This document shows positions 27,817-37,681 of a DNA stretch of 64,000 nt, piece after piece. The stretch comes from an uncultured bacterium (GTDB taxonomy: Bacteria > Bipolaricaulota > Bipolaricaulia > UBA7950 > UBA9294), in contig CAIOGO010000006.1 in the NCBI GenBank assembly GCA_903857865.1, positions 66,511 to 130,510 of the forward strand. The letters run 5' to 3'. Within the stretch, counting starts at the first letter, position 1. Each line of letters begins with the position of its first letter. The notes beneath the pieces were generated by a model. The model saw nothing but the letters and a program-made list of their open reading frames with translations, was not told the origin of the DNA and did no database searches. The position numbers and the translations under genes were made by a program.

Positions 27817-28632
27817 GTGAGCGAGGTTGTGCAGAAGTACTACGACGGGTGCGTCGAACGGGAATGGGAGCGCCTGGCGCGGCCCTATCGCCGTTTCGAG
27901 CTCGCGAGCACATTGCGCCTGATCGACGAGCACTTCCCGCCAGCTGGGCGCATCGTCGACGTCGGCGGCGGCCCGGGGCGGTACACGATCGAACTCCTCC
28001 GCCGCGGCTACCGCGTCACGCTGGTCGACCTCTCCTCGGGCAACGTTGCCTACGTACGAGCCAAGTTGGCCGAGTCCGGTCTCTCCGCGGACGCCGTTCT
28101 GCAGGGCGACGCGCGCAATCTTTCCCCGATCCCGGACGGCGAATTCGACGCAGCGCTCATGCTGGGGCCGATGTACCACATCGTCGAGGAGGCCGACCGC
28201 CGCGCCGCCCTCCTCGAGCTTCGGCGCGTCCTCAAGCCTGGCGCCCCAGCGATCGTCGGCTTCCTCAACCCATGGGGCATCCTCCGCTCCGGCCTCACCG
28301 AGTTCCCCGAGCAGTACTCGGACGAGCCGGCGATTCGCAAACTCCTCACCACGTGCGTGCAGGTCGGCGAGCAAAGAGCCTTCACGGAGGCCGCGTTCCT
28401 GACTCCACCTCAAGCGATCGCCGATCTGCGCGCTGCCGGGTTTGCGGTCGATACGCGAGCGGGAGTCGAGGGGTTCGCCGCCGGCATGCTCGACGCGGTC
28501 GAACGCATCGCGGCCGAGGACCCCGAGGCGTACGAGGTCATTCTGCGCCTCGTCGCCGAGACGTGCGATCTCCCTGCCTTCCGCGACTCGACCGAGCACT
28601 TGCACATTGTCGCCCGCGCCATCGGCCTCTGA
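27817..28632 (+). CDS. Class I SAM-dependent methyltransferase
   Basis: Motif I VDVGGGPGRYTIELLRRGYRVTLVDLS. GTG start with a GGGAGGAGAGAGAC Shine-Dalgarno. Confidence 0.8.
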   Translation: MSEVVQKYYDGCVEREWERLARPYRRFELASTLRLIDEHFPPAGRIVDVGGGPGRYTIELLRRGYRVTLVDLSSGNVAYVRAKLAESGLSADAVLQGDARNLSPIPDGEFDAALMLGPMYHIVEEADRRAALLELRRVLKPGAPAIVGFLNPWGILRSGLTEFPEQYSDEPAIRKLLTTCVQVGEQRAFTEAAFLTPPQAIADLRAAGFAVDTRAGVEGFAAGMLDAVERIAAEDPEAYEVILRLVAETCDLPAFRDSTEHLHIVARAIGL

Positions 28633-28675
28633 CACAAGTGCCAGGACCGCGTGTACATAGCGCGAGGTGATCAAG

Positions 28676-29470
28676 ATGAACAGGATCAAACGCGCAACGC
28701 TGCTTCTCGGGATCCTGACGGTCTTCTTCGTATCCGCGCTCGCGCTCGCCCAGAGCGGACCGTCGCCGCTCGGCATCGTTCCGACGCCAACGCCCAACCC
28801 GGTCTCGGTCTCGATCTGGACGGATAAGACGGCCTACGCGATCGGCGAGAACGTAACGATCACGTACACGGTCAGCCAGGCGGCGTACATCTACATTCTC
28901 GATTTCCAGCCGGACGGCATCGTGCGGCAGGTCTTCCCGAACCAATACTCGACGTCGTCGAACTACGTCAGCGCGGGCACTCACACGCTCCCCGACGGGA
29001 TGTACAAGTTCACGGTCTACCCGCCGACGGGCACGGAACAGCTGCAGATCATCGCGAGCGGAGTGCCCCTGAACCTGGCGCCGACGTCGTACAGCGAGCC
29101 ATTCCCGATGGTTGGATCCAGCCCGAGCGCCGCGGCCATGAGCGTGCAGGCACAGATCAAGGGCATCACTCCCGAGCCGCAGTGGGCCACGGCGTGGACG
29201 TCGTTCGTCATCCTCACGTCGTACGGGTACACGCCGTACACGCCACCCACTCCGTACACTCCATACACGCCCTACACGCCGCCGACTCCCCCCTCACCAC
29301 CGAGCGGGTACTACTTCTACCCGCCGTTCCCCGGCTCCCCCGGCGGAACATGGTATTGGCAGGACGGCGCGTGGCATTACGGGCTGCCGGCGAGCGGGAT
29401 GTACTGGTACTTCGGCCCGGACATGATGTGGCACTTCCGCATCACGATTCACTTCGGAATCGGAGGCTAG
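28676..29470 (+). CDS. Secreted DUF4384-like protein with a Tyr/Thr/Pro-rich repeat tail
   Basis: Signal peptide MNRIKRATLLLGILTVFFVSALALA. The segment WTDKTAYAIGENVTITYTVSQAAYIYILDFQPDGIVRQVFPN is DUF4384-like. C-terminal PYTPYTPPTPYTPYTPYTPPTP repeats. Confidence 0.6.
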   Translation: MNRIKRATLLLGILTVFFVSALALAQSGPSPLGIVPTPTPNPVSVSIWTDKTAYAIGENVTITYTVSQAAYIYILDFQPDGIVRQVFPNQYSTSSNYVSAGTHTLPDGMYKFTVYPPTGTEQLQIIASGVPLNLAPTSYSEPFPMVGSSPSAAAMSVQAQIKGITPEPQWATAWTSFVILTSYGYTPYTPPTPYTPYTPYTPPTPPSPPSGYYFYPPFPGSPGGTWYWQDGAWHYGLPASGMYWYFGPDMMWHFRITIHFGIGG

Positions 29471-29715
29471 AGACAAGAAACTGGTGGGGCCGTTGTACCT
29501 CCTCGGGACTCGGCCTCGCAGGAGGGTCCTGGCTGCGGCCAGGGCTTTCCTTTGGGTCCAAGGGCCCAGCTCTAGCTGGCTCGCCGGCAACGGTTGAGCC
29601 AACCGCTGGGCCCCCTTCTTCTTGACCTGAGGCTCGATGTCTGCCGGACCTCACATCTCATCTCGTCCATCCCGCACCGCTAGCGGTAGAATCGCCTCCA
29701 GCGCGAGGAGGCGTC

Positions 29716-30981
29716 ATGCTGGAGTGGAGCCCGGAGCAAGCTCGGCGATACCACCTCTTCGCCGCGGGCCTCACGGGAAGGCCGTATCCCGCAGGTGACG
29801 CGGGCATCCGACGCGCGTTCGCCGATCTTGGATCGCTGCAACTCGACCCGCTGCCCGTGCTTGGAAGAAACCACGACCTCGTGATCCAGGCCCGCGTCGA
29901 CGGCACGCACCCGGACGAGACGCTTGACCTCATCCATCGCGAGCGGCTCGGGTTCGAGTACTGGAACAAGGCGCTGTGCATCGTCGCACTGGAGCACTAT
30001 CCGCTACTGCGCCGCCTCATGGAGCACGGCGGCGACGCGTACACGTCGAGGCGCGCCGCCCCGCTTGAGCGCGACGAGCCCGGCACCGTTGACGATGTGT
30101 ACGCCGCTGTGCGGCGGCACGGCCCTCTGTCGAGCCGCGAACTTCGGACGCTCGACATCGCGCAGGGCGAGCGCCGAGGCTGGAAGTCGACGCGCGCCGC
30201 GAACCTCGCCCTAGAGCTCCTCTGGAACGACGGCCGGCTTGCGGTGTCGCATCGTGTCAACTACCGACGCTACTTCGACCTCGCCGAGCGCGTCATCCCG
30301 GCCGCCGTGCGGCGTCGCAGCGTGCGCCCCGAGAACTTCTGGCCCGGCCTCCTGAAAGAGAGAGTCCGCATGGTTGGGCTCCTGCCAGCCTCGGGCGACG
30401 CGGAAGCCTGGATGTTCCTGCAACAAGCGAGGAAGGATGGCACGCTCGCCGAGCTGCTTCGCCGCGGCGACGTGGTCGAAGTGAGGGTCACGGGGATCAA
30501 GACTCCGTTCCTCGCCCTCGGCGACGCGCCGGATCGCCTTGCCGAAGCGGAGCGGGCGGAGCCGGACTCGAGAGTCGCCCGCTTCCTCGCGCCGCTCGAT
30601 CCTTTCCTCTGGGCGCGAACGGCCGTCGAGCGACTGTGGTCGTTCCGCTACACGTGGGAGGTCTACAAACCTACGGAGAAGCGGGAATTCGGCTACTACG
30701 TCCTTCCGGTCCTCGTCGGCGACCGCCTCGTGGGACGGTTCGACGGCGCCGTCGACCGAGCCAATGGGCTCCTGAGGGTACACGCCTATCACACCGAACC
30801 CGGCGCACGCGGCCTCGACGACCCGGCCGTCTACGGGGGGTTCCAGCGATTCCTCGGGTATTTGAACGCGGACACTGCCGTGCTGCCGAACGGCGAGACG
30901 TGGACGCGCACGCCTGTCGAGCGCCCTAGCGGAGCGACTTCTCGTAGATCCGCCACGTCTTGTGGTGCACGCCGCCCATGA
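29716..30981 (+). CDS. Winged-helix YcaQ/AlkZ-like (DUF1006) protein, possible DNA glycosylase
   Basis: 421 aa. N-terminus MLEWSPEQARRYHLFAAGL.. and overall composition resemble the YcaQ family. This is recognition by eye only. Confidence 0.45.
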   Translation: MLEWSPEQARRYHLFAAGLTGRPYPAGDAGIRRAFADLGSLQLDPLPVLGRNHDLVIQARVDGTHPDETLDLIHRERLGFEYWNKALCIVALEHYPLLRRLMEHGGDAYTSRRAAPLERDEPGTVDDVYAAVRRHGPLSSRELRTLDIAQGERRGWKSTRAANLALELLWNDGRLAVSHRVNYRRYFDLAERVIPAAVRRRSVRPENFWPGLLKERVRMVGLLPASGDAEAWMFLQQARKDGTLAELLRRGDVVEVRVTGIKTPFLALGDAPDRLAEAERAEPDSRVARFLAPLDPFLWARTAVERLWSFRYTWEVYKPTEKREFGYYVLPVLVGDRLVGRFDGAVDRANGLLRVHAYHTEPGARGLDDPAVYGGFQRFLGYLNADTAVLPNGETWTRTPVERPSGATSRRSATSCGARRP

Positions 30982-32086
30982 AGCTCGACGCGCGCAGGAT
31001 GAGGTCGTTGCCCTCGAGTAGGAGGGACGGCTCGCACGTCTTGTACCCGCGGCGCAACGCGTAGTCGAGCACCTCCGAGTAGAGGACGGCGTCGATCCCG
31101 AGCTTGCGAAAGCGAGGCAAGACCCCGAAGAACATCAGGCGCATGTCGGGAATCCGGCGGCGTGTCCGCAGTAGGCGGAGCGCGCGGACGAGATCGGTGT
31201 CTTGCAGCTTGTTCCAGCGCGGCCGGAACGCGACGTTCGGATCCGGGAGCGCGCCGAGGACGGCGGCCAATTCGCCGTCCACGTAGGCGAATCGCATCAG
31301 ACCGGGGTCCGCCACCAGCTTGAGGGTCGACGCCACCGCCGCGCCCTCGGCCTCGGTCAAGGGGAGGAATCCCCAGTTGGCGGCCCACGCTTCGTTGTAG
31401 ATCCGGACGATCAGATCCACCTCTTGCTTGACCTTGCCCATGTCGATCGGCCGCGTCTCGATCGAGCGGCGCCGGAGTACGGCGTCCGCAAGTGGACCCA
31501 GACGCTCGGATGGGCCGTCGGAGATCTGGATCAGGTAGGCGTGATAGTCCATGGCCTTCACGAATCCACACGCTTCGATGTACTCGCCGTAGTACGGAGG
31601 GTTGTGCGTAAGCTCCACGGTCGGCGGGTAGGCGAACCCCTCGATGAGGACGCCCTGATTCGCCTCGTGCGTGGCGTTCGAGTACCCGCCGGGTCCCCTC
31701 AGGCACTCCATGCCGCGTTCCTTCACCCAAGCGGACGCGCAGTCGAGCAGCTCCTTGGCCACATCGGGGCGCGGCCCGACGTCAAAGAACCCGAAGAACC
31801 CGGTCTTCGTCCCGTAGAACTCGTTGAACCGACGGTTCACGGCCGCCGAGACTCGACCGAGAAGATTCTCGCCGTCGCGCGCGATGAAGTGCGTCACCTC
31901 CGCGTCGTGATGGTAGGGATGGGCGCGGGTGAGCAGCCCCGTGATCCCGAGGAGACGGCTCCCGAGAAGCTCAGCCCGCAGCGGCGGAGTCCAACACGGG
32001 TCGCCGCGAAAAAGCTTCCAGGGAACTTCGACAAACTCCTCGAGCCCTCGCTCGCCCAGCTCGACCTGTTGAATCTGGAATCCCAT
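30926..32086 (-). CDS. GNAT-fold / FemAB-like acyltransferase family protein
   Basis: 386 aa. The C-terminal region MFFGVLPRFRKLGIDAVLYSEVLDYALRRGY resembles an acyl-CoA N-acyltransferase fold. Assignment is weak. Confidence 0.4.
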   Translation of the reverse strand: MGFQIQQVELGERGLEEFVEVPWKLFRGDPCWTPPLRAELLGSRLLGITGLLTRAHPYHHDAEVTHFIARDGENLLGRVSAAVNRRFNEFYGTKTGFFGFFDVGPRPDVAKELLDCASAWVKERGMECLRGPGGYSNATHEANQGVLIEGFAYPPTVELTHNPPYYGEYIEACGFVKAMDYHAYLIQISDGPSERLGPLADAVLRRRSIETRPIDMGKVKQEVDLIVRIYNEAWAANWGFLPLTEAEGAAVASTLKLVADPGLMRFAYVDGELAAVLGALPDPNVAFRPRWNKLQDTDLVRALRLLRTRRRIPDMRLMFFGVLPRFRKLGIDAVLYSEVLDYALRRGYKTCEPSLLLEGNDLILRASSFMGGVHHKTWRIYEKSLR

Positions 32087-32197
32087 GTCTGCCTTTCACA
32101 CTCCCCTGATCCATCCATTATGCCGCGCCCGACTTCCCGTGACACATCGCGAGAGCGGACTTGCGCGCACCGATGCCAAGGGGTATTCGTTGTCTGT

Positions 32198-32992
32198 ATG
32201 TCGGACACGGGTGCGCACGACGAGATGAAGCTCTTCCGTTTCCTCCAGGCGCAGGCCGGTGTTTCGCGCCGGAAGGCCTTGGACCTCGTCCTCGCAGGCG
32301 AGGTCACCGTGAACGGCGAGCCGGTCTTGGATCCGTTCCTCCTCCTCGCGCGCGGTGCGGTTCTCCGCCTCGCGCTGCGCGGTCACCCTCTCTCCATCGA
32401 GCCGCGCGAGGCGCGCGTCTATCGACTCTACAAGCCGGCCGGCATGCTCTGCAGCCATGACGATCCGTTCTCCGGCAACACCGTGGGGCGCCTGCTCCGC
32501 GCGGACGGATTCCTCGGCTACACGTGGGTCGGACGCCTCGACCAGGACGCGGAGGGTCTGCTCCTCGTCTCGAACGACGGAGACGTGATCCAAGCATTCA
32601 CGCATCCGCGGTACGAGGTGCGCAAGGTCTACCGGGTGTGGCTTGCCGAGTCACCTCCGGAGCGAGAGCTCCATCGGGCCCTGCGCTCGATGGAGCGCGG
32701 CGTCGAGGACGAGGGCGAAGTGTTGCGCATCCTCGAGGGGCGAATCGAGGGGCACCCGCGGCACGCGGTGATCACCCTGGCGGAGGGGAGGAAGCACGAG
32801 ATCAAGCGTCTGTTCGCCCGGTTCGGCTACTCCGTGACCCGCTTGCTGCGCGTCGCCGTGGGGCCTGTCCAGCTTAGCGACCTTGTCCCAGGCGCGTGGG
32901 ATCGTCTGTCGCTCCCCGAAGAGGCGTCCCTCGTCGACCTGGCGCGGACGCTTCTCGCTCAGGCTGGAGAAACGCCAGACAGGGACCTATAA
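32198..32992 (+). CDS. Pseudouridine synthase, RsuA/RluB family
   Basis: S4-like N-terminus MKLFRFLQAQAGVSRRKALDLVLAGEVTVNG. Catalytic motif GRLDQDAEGLLLVSNDGD. Confidence 0.85.
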   Translation: MSDTGAHDEMKLFRFLQAQAGVSRRKALDLVLAGEVTVNGEPVLDPFLLLARGAVLRLALRGHPLSIEPREARVYRLYKPAGMLCSHDDPFSGNTVGRLLRADGFLGYTWVGRLDQDAEGLLLVSNDGDVIQAFTHPRYEVRKVYRVWLAESPPERELHRALRSMERGVEDEGEVLRILEGRIEGHPRHAVITLAEGRKHEIKRLFARFGYSVTRLLRVAVGPVQLSDLVPGAWDRLSLPEEASLVDLARTLLAQAGETPDRDL

Positions 32993-32999
32993 TCGGCTT

Positions 33000-34622
33000 A
33001 TGCGGGTCGGCATCGGGCAGATGAACGCGCACGTCGGCGCGATCGAGCGAAACGCGCAGGCCGTCATGACCCTGATCGACGAGGCGAAGGCGGCCGGGTG
33101 CGACGTCGTGGCGTTCCCCGAGCTCGCCATCCCCGGATACATTCCTCTCGACCTCCTGTGGCGTCCGGGCTTCGTGTCCGCCTGCGAAGAGGCCGTGGCG
33201 TCGCTTCGCGACCGCGGCGGCCCGATGACGGTCATCGTCGGATCGGTCGCCGCGGAACCGACGAGGAGTGCCGCCAACCGAAGCGATCCTTCGTCGACGT
33301 GCGACGGAGCGGGCACCGACATCGCCAACGTCGCGCACCTCCTCGCGGGCGGCCGAGAGATCGCGCGCGTCGCCAAGATGCACCTGCCGACATTCGACGT
33401 CTACAGCGAGAAGCGCTATTTCACGCCGGGCGAAGGGGTCGAGACGCACGATGTCGCGGGGACGAGAATCGGCGTCAACCTCTGCGAAGACCTCTGGATC
33501 GACGAGGGCCCGACAGACCTCCAGGCAAGCCTCGGCGCGAAGCTCATTTTCAACCTCTCGGCATCCCCGTTCTTCATGGGCAAGCTTGGCATCCGTCGCC
33601 GGCTCGCCCGCCGGCGCGCCCAGGAGAACGGCGTGGCCATCGTCTACGTCAATCTCGTCGGCGGCCAGGACGACATCGTCTTCGACGGCGGCAGCTTCGT
33701 CACCAACGAAGAAGGGGACGTCGTCTTTGCGGCTCCCCGATTCGAGGAAGGGCTCTATGTGGTCGACCTCCCCCACGGCGCCATCCGCGTTCCGCTCGAC
33801 GATCCGACGCTAGAGACTCGGTCCGCCATCGTCCTCGGAATCCGCGACTACGTCCGTAAGAATGGCTTCGGAGGATGCCTACTCGGGCTTTCCGGAGGCA
33901 TCGACTCCGCCGTCGTCGCCGCTCTCGCCGCCGAGGCCGTGGGCGCTGAGAACGTGGTGTCGATCTACATGCCAAGCGTCTTCTCCGCCCAAGAGAGCGG
34001 GGAGGACGCGGCCGCGATCGCCTCAGCGCTGGGCATTCGTCATCTCGAGATCTCGATCGCCGAGATCCACGAGCGCTTCCGCAACGCCCTTCCCAACGCC
34101 GCGATGGGCCTCGTCGACGAGAACCTGCAGCCGCGGATTCGCGGGATCCTTCTCATGGCTCTGTCGAATCAGGAGGGAAGGCTTGTGCTGTGTCCGGCGA
34201 ACAAGTCGGAAATCGCGATGGGCTACAACACGCTCTACGGAGACACGGTGGGAGCTCTAGCGCCAATAGCCGACCTCTATAAGGACGACGTCTATCGCCT
34301 CGCGGCGACGTACGGCAACGTGATCCCGCGACGCGTAGTCAAGCGGGCGCCGACGGCAGAGCTGCGTCCGAACCAGAGGGACGACGACGACCTCCCGCCC
34401 TACGCTGACCTCGATCCCGCTCTGCGCGCCCTGATCGAAGGGAACGCCTCCCGCGACGGGCTTCTCGCCGCCGGTTTCGCGACCCCTCTGGTCGACGAGG
34501 TGCTGCACCGCTATGTCCAGCACGAGCACAAGCGCCGCCAACTGCCGCCTGGGATCAAGGTAACGCCCAAGGCGTTCGGAAGCGGGCGCCGCGTTCCGAT
34601 CACGAACGCCTACCAGCGCTAA
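33000..34622 (+). CDS. nadE: Glutamine-dependent NAD+ synthetase
   Basis: N-terminal carbon-nitrogen hydrolase domain (MRVGIGQMN...VVAFPELAIPGY). C-terminal NAD synthetase domain with GLSGGIDSAVVAAL. TATAAT lies 10 nt upstream of the ATG. Confidence 0.9.
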   Translation: MRVGIGQMNAHVGAIERNAQAVMTLIDEAKAAGCDVVAFPELAIPGYIPLDLLWRPGFVSACEEAVASLRDRGGPMTVIVGSVAAEPTRSAANRSDPSSTCDGAGTDIANVAHLLAGGREIARVAKMHLPTFDVYSEKRYFTPGEGVETHDVAGTRIGVNLCEDLWIDEGPTDLQASLGAKLIFNLSASPFFMGKLGIRRRLARRRAQENGVAIVYVNLVGGQDDIVFDGGSFVTNEEGDVVFAAPRFEEGLYVVDLPHGAIRVPLDDPTLETRSAIVLGIRDYVRKNGFGGCLLGLSGGIDSAVVAALAAEAVGAENVVSIYMPSVFSAQESGEDAAAIASALGIRHLEISIAEIHERFRNALPNAAMGLVDENLQPRIRGILLMALSNQEGRLVLCPANKSEIAMGYNTLYGDTVGALAPIADLYKDDVYRLAATYGNVIPRRVVKRAPTAELRPNQRDDDDLPPYADLDPALRALIEGNASRDGLLAAGFATPLVDEVLHRYVQHEHKRRQLPPGIKVTPKAFGSGRRVPITNAYQR

Positions 34623-34627
34623 GAGCA

Positions 34628-34652
34628 AGTGGACCCGGGATCGCCGGGTCCA
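34628..34652. terminator. Bidirectional terminator hairpin between nadE and hsp20
   Basis: GTGGACCCGG-GATCG-CCGGGTCCAC. Confidence 0.5.
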
Positions 34653-34677
34653 CCGACTCTCTGCTCTCGTACGGTCT

Positions 34678-35172
34678 CTACTCGACTTTGATCTCGACGG
34701 CCTTCTCGGGCTCTTTGATCGACTCGAGCAGCGGCGCGGACACCCGGAGGATGCCGTCCTCAAAGCGCGCAGCGACTTTTCCCTTGTCGATCAGTTCCGT
34801 CGGCAGCGGGAACGACCGATGAAAGCGCCCGACCCGTCGATCGATGCGGAAGTACTGATCGCGTCCGACGTCTTCCCGACGCTTCACCTCGCCTGAGATG
34901 ACGAGTTGGTCCTCCTCGATGCGCACCTCTACGTCCTCTTTGCGCGCGCCGGGCAGCTCTGTCTCGAAAACGATGTGCTTGTCCTTCTCGTACACGTCCG
35001 TACGTCCGAAACCCGCGGCGACATCGAATCCAACTCCGTCGAAGCCGCTCGACAACTCATCGATCAGGTGCGACAGACTCGACTCAAGCAGGAAGGTCCC
35101 ACGCCTCGCCTCGGGGAGGCGCCTCAGGGCGCAGCCCTCGCTGCCACTTCTGTTCTGTAGTAGGACTCTCAT
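34678..35172 (-). CDS. Hsp20/alpha-crystallin small heat-shock protein
   Basis: Alpha-crystallin domain DVYEKDKHIVFETELPG...RFHRSFPLP...AARFEDGILRVSAP. AAGGAG Shine-Dalgarno. Confidence 0.9.
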   Translation of the reverse strand: MRVLLQNRSGSEGCALRRLPEARRGTFLLESSLSHLIDELSSGFDGVGFDVAAGFGRTDVYEKDKHIVFETELPGARKEDVEVRIEEDQLVISGEVKRREDVGRDQYFRIDRRVGRFHRSFPLPTELIDKGKVAARFEDGILRVSAPLLESIKEPEKAVEIKVE

Positions 35173-35214
35173 GTTTCGCTCCTTGGCAGGCTCGCCATCT
35201 GTTTGCTAATTGGC

Positions 35215-35265
35215 AGTCTACTCCCCCGGGTGCCAGTTGTCAAGAGAGACGCATCCCCCTAATAT
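35215..35265. promoter_or_regulatory. Divergent sigma70-like promoters for hsp20 (minus strand) and yidD (plus strand) sharing a palindromic -35 TTGTCAA/TTGACAA
   Basis: Plus strand: TTGTCA (35237-42), 17-nt spacer, TAATAT (35260-65), then ATG at 35272, which makes the transcript near-leaderless. Minus strand: TTGACA (35243-38), 17-nt spacer, TAGACT (35220-15). Confidence 0.45.
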
Positions 35266-35271
35266 CAGACC

Positions 35272-35514
35272 ATGCTCCGCCGAGTCCTCATCGCGCCGAT
35301 TCGCGCCTACCGCCGGTTCCTGTCGCCGGTCCTGCCTCATCATTGCCGGTTCGCCCCGTCCTGTTCGCAGTACGCGATCGAGGCGGTGGAGACGCACGGC
35401 GTTCTACGCGGAGGATGGCTCGCCGTTCGTAGACTCCTCAAGTGCCAGCCGCTCCACCCGGGCGGCTATGATCCCGTGCCAGAGAGGAAGACAAGGGGTG
35501 AGCATCACGACTGA
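35272..35514 (+). CDS. yidD: Membrane protein insertion efficiency factor YidD
   Basis: [29 protein letters not shown] is the canonical YidD motif. Confidence 0.9.
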   Translation: MLRRVLIAPIRAYRRFLSPVLPHHCRFAPSCSQYAIEAVETHGVLRGGWLAVRRLLKCQPLHPGGYDPVPERKTRGEHHD

Positions 35515-36475
35515 GATCGAACATCCGGCGGACGACGACATCGTCGATGTTCTCGTAATTGGGGGAGGTCCCGCCGGGGCGACGGCCGCGCTCTACGCCG
35601 CGAGGTCCGGTCGGACGTGCCGAGTCGTCGACAAGGGTATCGCATCGGGCGCACTCGGCATGAGCCGCGAGATCGGCAATTTCCCCGGACTCATCGATCC
35701 GGTTCCCGGCGCCCACATCGTCGCCAGCATTCGGGCTCAAGCGGAGCGGTACGGCGCCATCTTCGTCGCCGATCGTGTGACGGCCGCGAATCTCGACGGC
35801 CCGGTGAAGACGGCGTGGGGAGCGAAATGCGCATACCAGGGACGCGCAATGATCGTCGCCACGGGATCGATGGGGCGCGCGGCGGCCCTTCCGGGCGAGG
35901 AACGACTGATCGGGCGGGGGGTGTCGTATTGCGCCACGTGCGACGGCTACTTCTTCCGCGACCAGGCGGTGGCCGTGGTGGGGGCGACGGACGAGGCGGG
36001 CGAAGAATCGCTCCTCCTCGCGCGGCTGGCTCGTCGCGTGCATTTGCTCATGCCTGCGGAGTCGCTGCGGGCGCCGGGCGCACTGGCGGCGGAACTCGCG
36101 GCGAACCCGGTGATCGAGGTGCATCGGTCCACCCTCGTCGACGAGATCCTCGGTCAGAATCGGGTGGAAGGGCTACGCATCCGCGCCCGCGGCGCGGCCG
36201 CGTCCGTGCTCGAGGTGAGCGGGGTCTTCCTTTACCTGCAGGGCGCTCGGCCGATCGTGGACTTCCTCGGCGGCCAGGCGTCGCTGTCGGCGGAGGGATG
36301 TCTCGTCGTCGACTCCCTCTCCCACACATCTGTTCCCGGAGTGTTCGCCGCCGGCGATGTTCTGTGCAAGCACCTCAAGCAGGCCGTGATCGCCGCCGCG
36401 GAAGGCGCCACGGCGGCCGTGGCCGCGGATCGCTTCCTGTCCGGACACGCGAAGCTTCGGCCCGACTGGTCCTAG
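35498..36475 (+). CDS. trxB: Thioredoxin-disulfide reductase
   Basis: FAD motif [21 protein letters not shown]. Active site CATCDG. NADPH motif [15 protein letters not shown] at 35498 with a GAGGAAG Shine-Dalgarno overlaps the yidD stop; an alternative ATG lies at 35468. Confidence 0.9.
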   Translation: MSITTEIEHPADDDIVDVLVIGGGPAGATAALYAARSGRTCRVVDKGIASGALGMSREIGNFPGLIDPVPGAHIVASIRAQAERYGAIFVADRVTAANLDGPVKTAWGAKCAYQGRAMIVATGSMGRAAALPGEERLIGRGVSYCATCDGYFFRDQAVAVVGATDEAGEESLLLARLARRVHLLMPAESLRAPGALAAELAANPVIEVHRSTLVDEILGQNRVEGLRIRARGAAASVLEVSGVFLYLQGARPIVDFLGGQASLSAEGCLVVDSLSHTSVPGVFAAGDVLCKHLKQAVIAAAEGATAAVAADRFLSGHAKLRPDWS

Positions 36476-36499
36476 GCCACGCCACAGGCGGCGGCCCGC

Positions 36500-37681
36500 C
36501 TACGGCCGCTCGCGGAATTCCGACCAAGCGTCGCGGACGAGATCGGGGGACACGAACGCATCGATGGCCGTCATCGCCATCGACTTCGCCGCGGCCATCA
36601 TGGCCGCGTGGCCGCGCTCGGATCGCGACGCCTCGGCAAACGGACCGGAGTGTCCCACCACGTCCTCGCTGCAAATCGCCACGTAGGGGTGAAGCGACGG
36701 GACCACCTGGCTCACGTCGCCCATGTCCGTTGACCCGTAGGGGAGCGAGCCGCCGCGTGGCGCATCGAGATGCCAGCCAAGTCGCTCGAGGTTGCGGGCA
36801 AAGGCGGCGTCGAGGGTCGCGTTCAGCTTCATCGCCTTGTACGGGACCGAGATCGTCTTGAACTCGAGCGTCGCCCCGGTGGCGAGCGCCGCGCCCTCGG
36901 CGCAGCGGCGCAGCTTCCCGAGCAACTCGTCACGATAGGCCGTGTCCGCCGCGCGCACGTAGAACTCGGCCGCCGCGTAGTCCGGGACGATGTTCGGCTT
37001 GACGCCGCCGTGCGTGATGATCCCGTGGATGCGCGCGCCGTCCTTGATGTGCTGGCGCAGGGCGTTCAGGCCGTTGTACGTCTGGATCACGGCGTCGAGC
37101 GCGTTCACGCCGCGCTCCGGCCAGGCGGACGCGTGGGCCGCGACGCCCCGGAACTCGACGCGCACCTCGGTGATCGCGAGGCTCCCGTGTCCGACCGCCG
37201 TGAAGGGCGACGGGTGAAACATCATCGCCACATCCACGCCGTCGAAGAGGCCGGCCTCGATCATCGCCACCTTTCCGCCACCGCCCTCTTCCGCCGGCGT
37301 CCCGAGAACCACGAGGCGACCCGGCAGCTCCGGCTTGACACGCCCGAGCGCCAGCGCGGCGCCGAGCGCCCCGGCGGCGATCAGATTGTGGCCGCAGGCG
37401 TGGCCCAGGTCGGGCAACGCGTCGTACTCAGCGATCACGGCCACCGTGGGGCCATCGGAAACCGACGGGTGCTCGGCGCGCAACGCGGTGGGGAGACCGG
37501 CCACCCCGGTCTCGACCCGGAAGCCGTCGCCCTCGAGCTCCTCCGCGAGGCGCCGCGAGGCGAGGACTTCCTCGAACTTGACCTCGGGGTGAGAGAACAC
37601 GTACTCGCTCACGCTCCGCAGCCGCGCGTCGAGATCGTCGACGCCTCCGATCACGCGTTCCTTCATGTCCCTGCCCATCAT
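36500..37681 (-). CDS. M20-family amidohydrolase (aminoacylase or hippurate-hydrolase type)
   Basis: Motifs VIAEYDALPDLGHACGHNLIAAGALGAA and PAEEGGGGK. ATG at 37681 overlaps the racemase stop as ATGA. Confidence 0.8.
   Translation of the reverse strand: MMGRDMKERVIGGVDDLDARLRSVSEYVFSHPEVKFEEVLASRRLAEELEGDGFRVETGVAGLPTALRAEHPSVSDGPTVAVIAEYDALPDLGHACGHNLIAAGALGAALALGRVKPELPGRLVVLGTPAEEGGGGKVAMIEAGLFDGVDVAMMFHPSPFTAVGHGSLAITEVRVEFRGVAAHASAWPERGVNALDAVIQTYNGLNALRQHIKDGARIHGIITHGGVKPNIVPDYAAAEFYVRAADTAYRDELLGKLRRCAEGAALATGATLEFKTISVPYKAMKLNATLDAAFARNLERLGWHLDAPRGGSLPYGSTDMGDVSQVVPSLHPYVAICSEDVVGHSGPFAEASRSERGHAAMMAAAKSMAMTAIDAFVSPDLVRDAWSEFRERP

Noticed and set aside
31202-32197. Long upstream extension of the pseudouridine synthase ORF (596 aa)
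   Set aside because: It is antisense to the 30926..32086 gene, and its composition is Arg-rich. The RluB-like homology starts at MKLFRFLQ (32198/32225).
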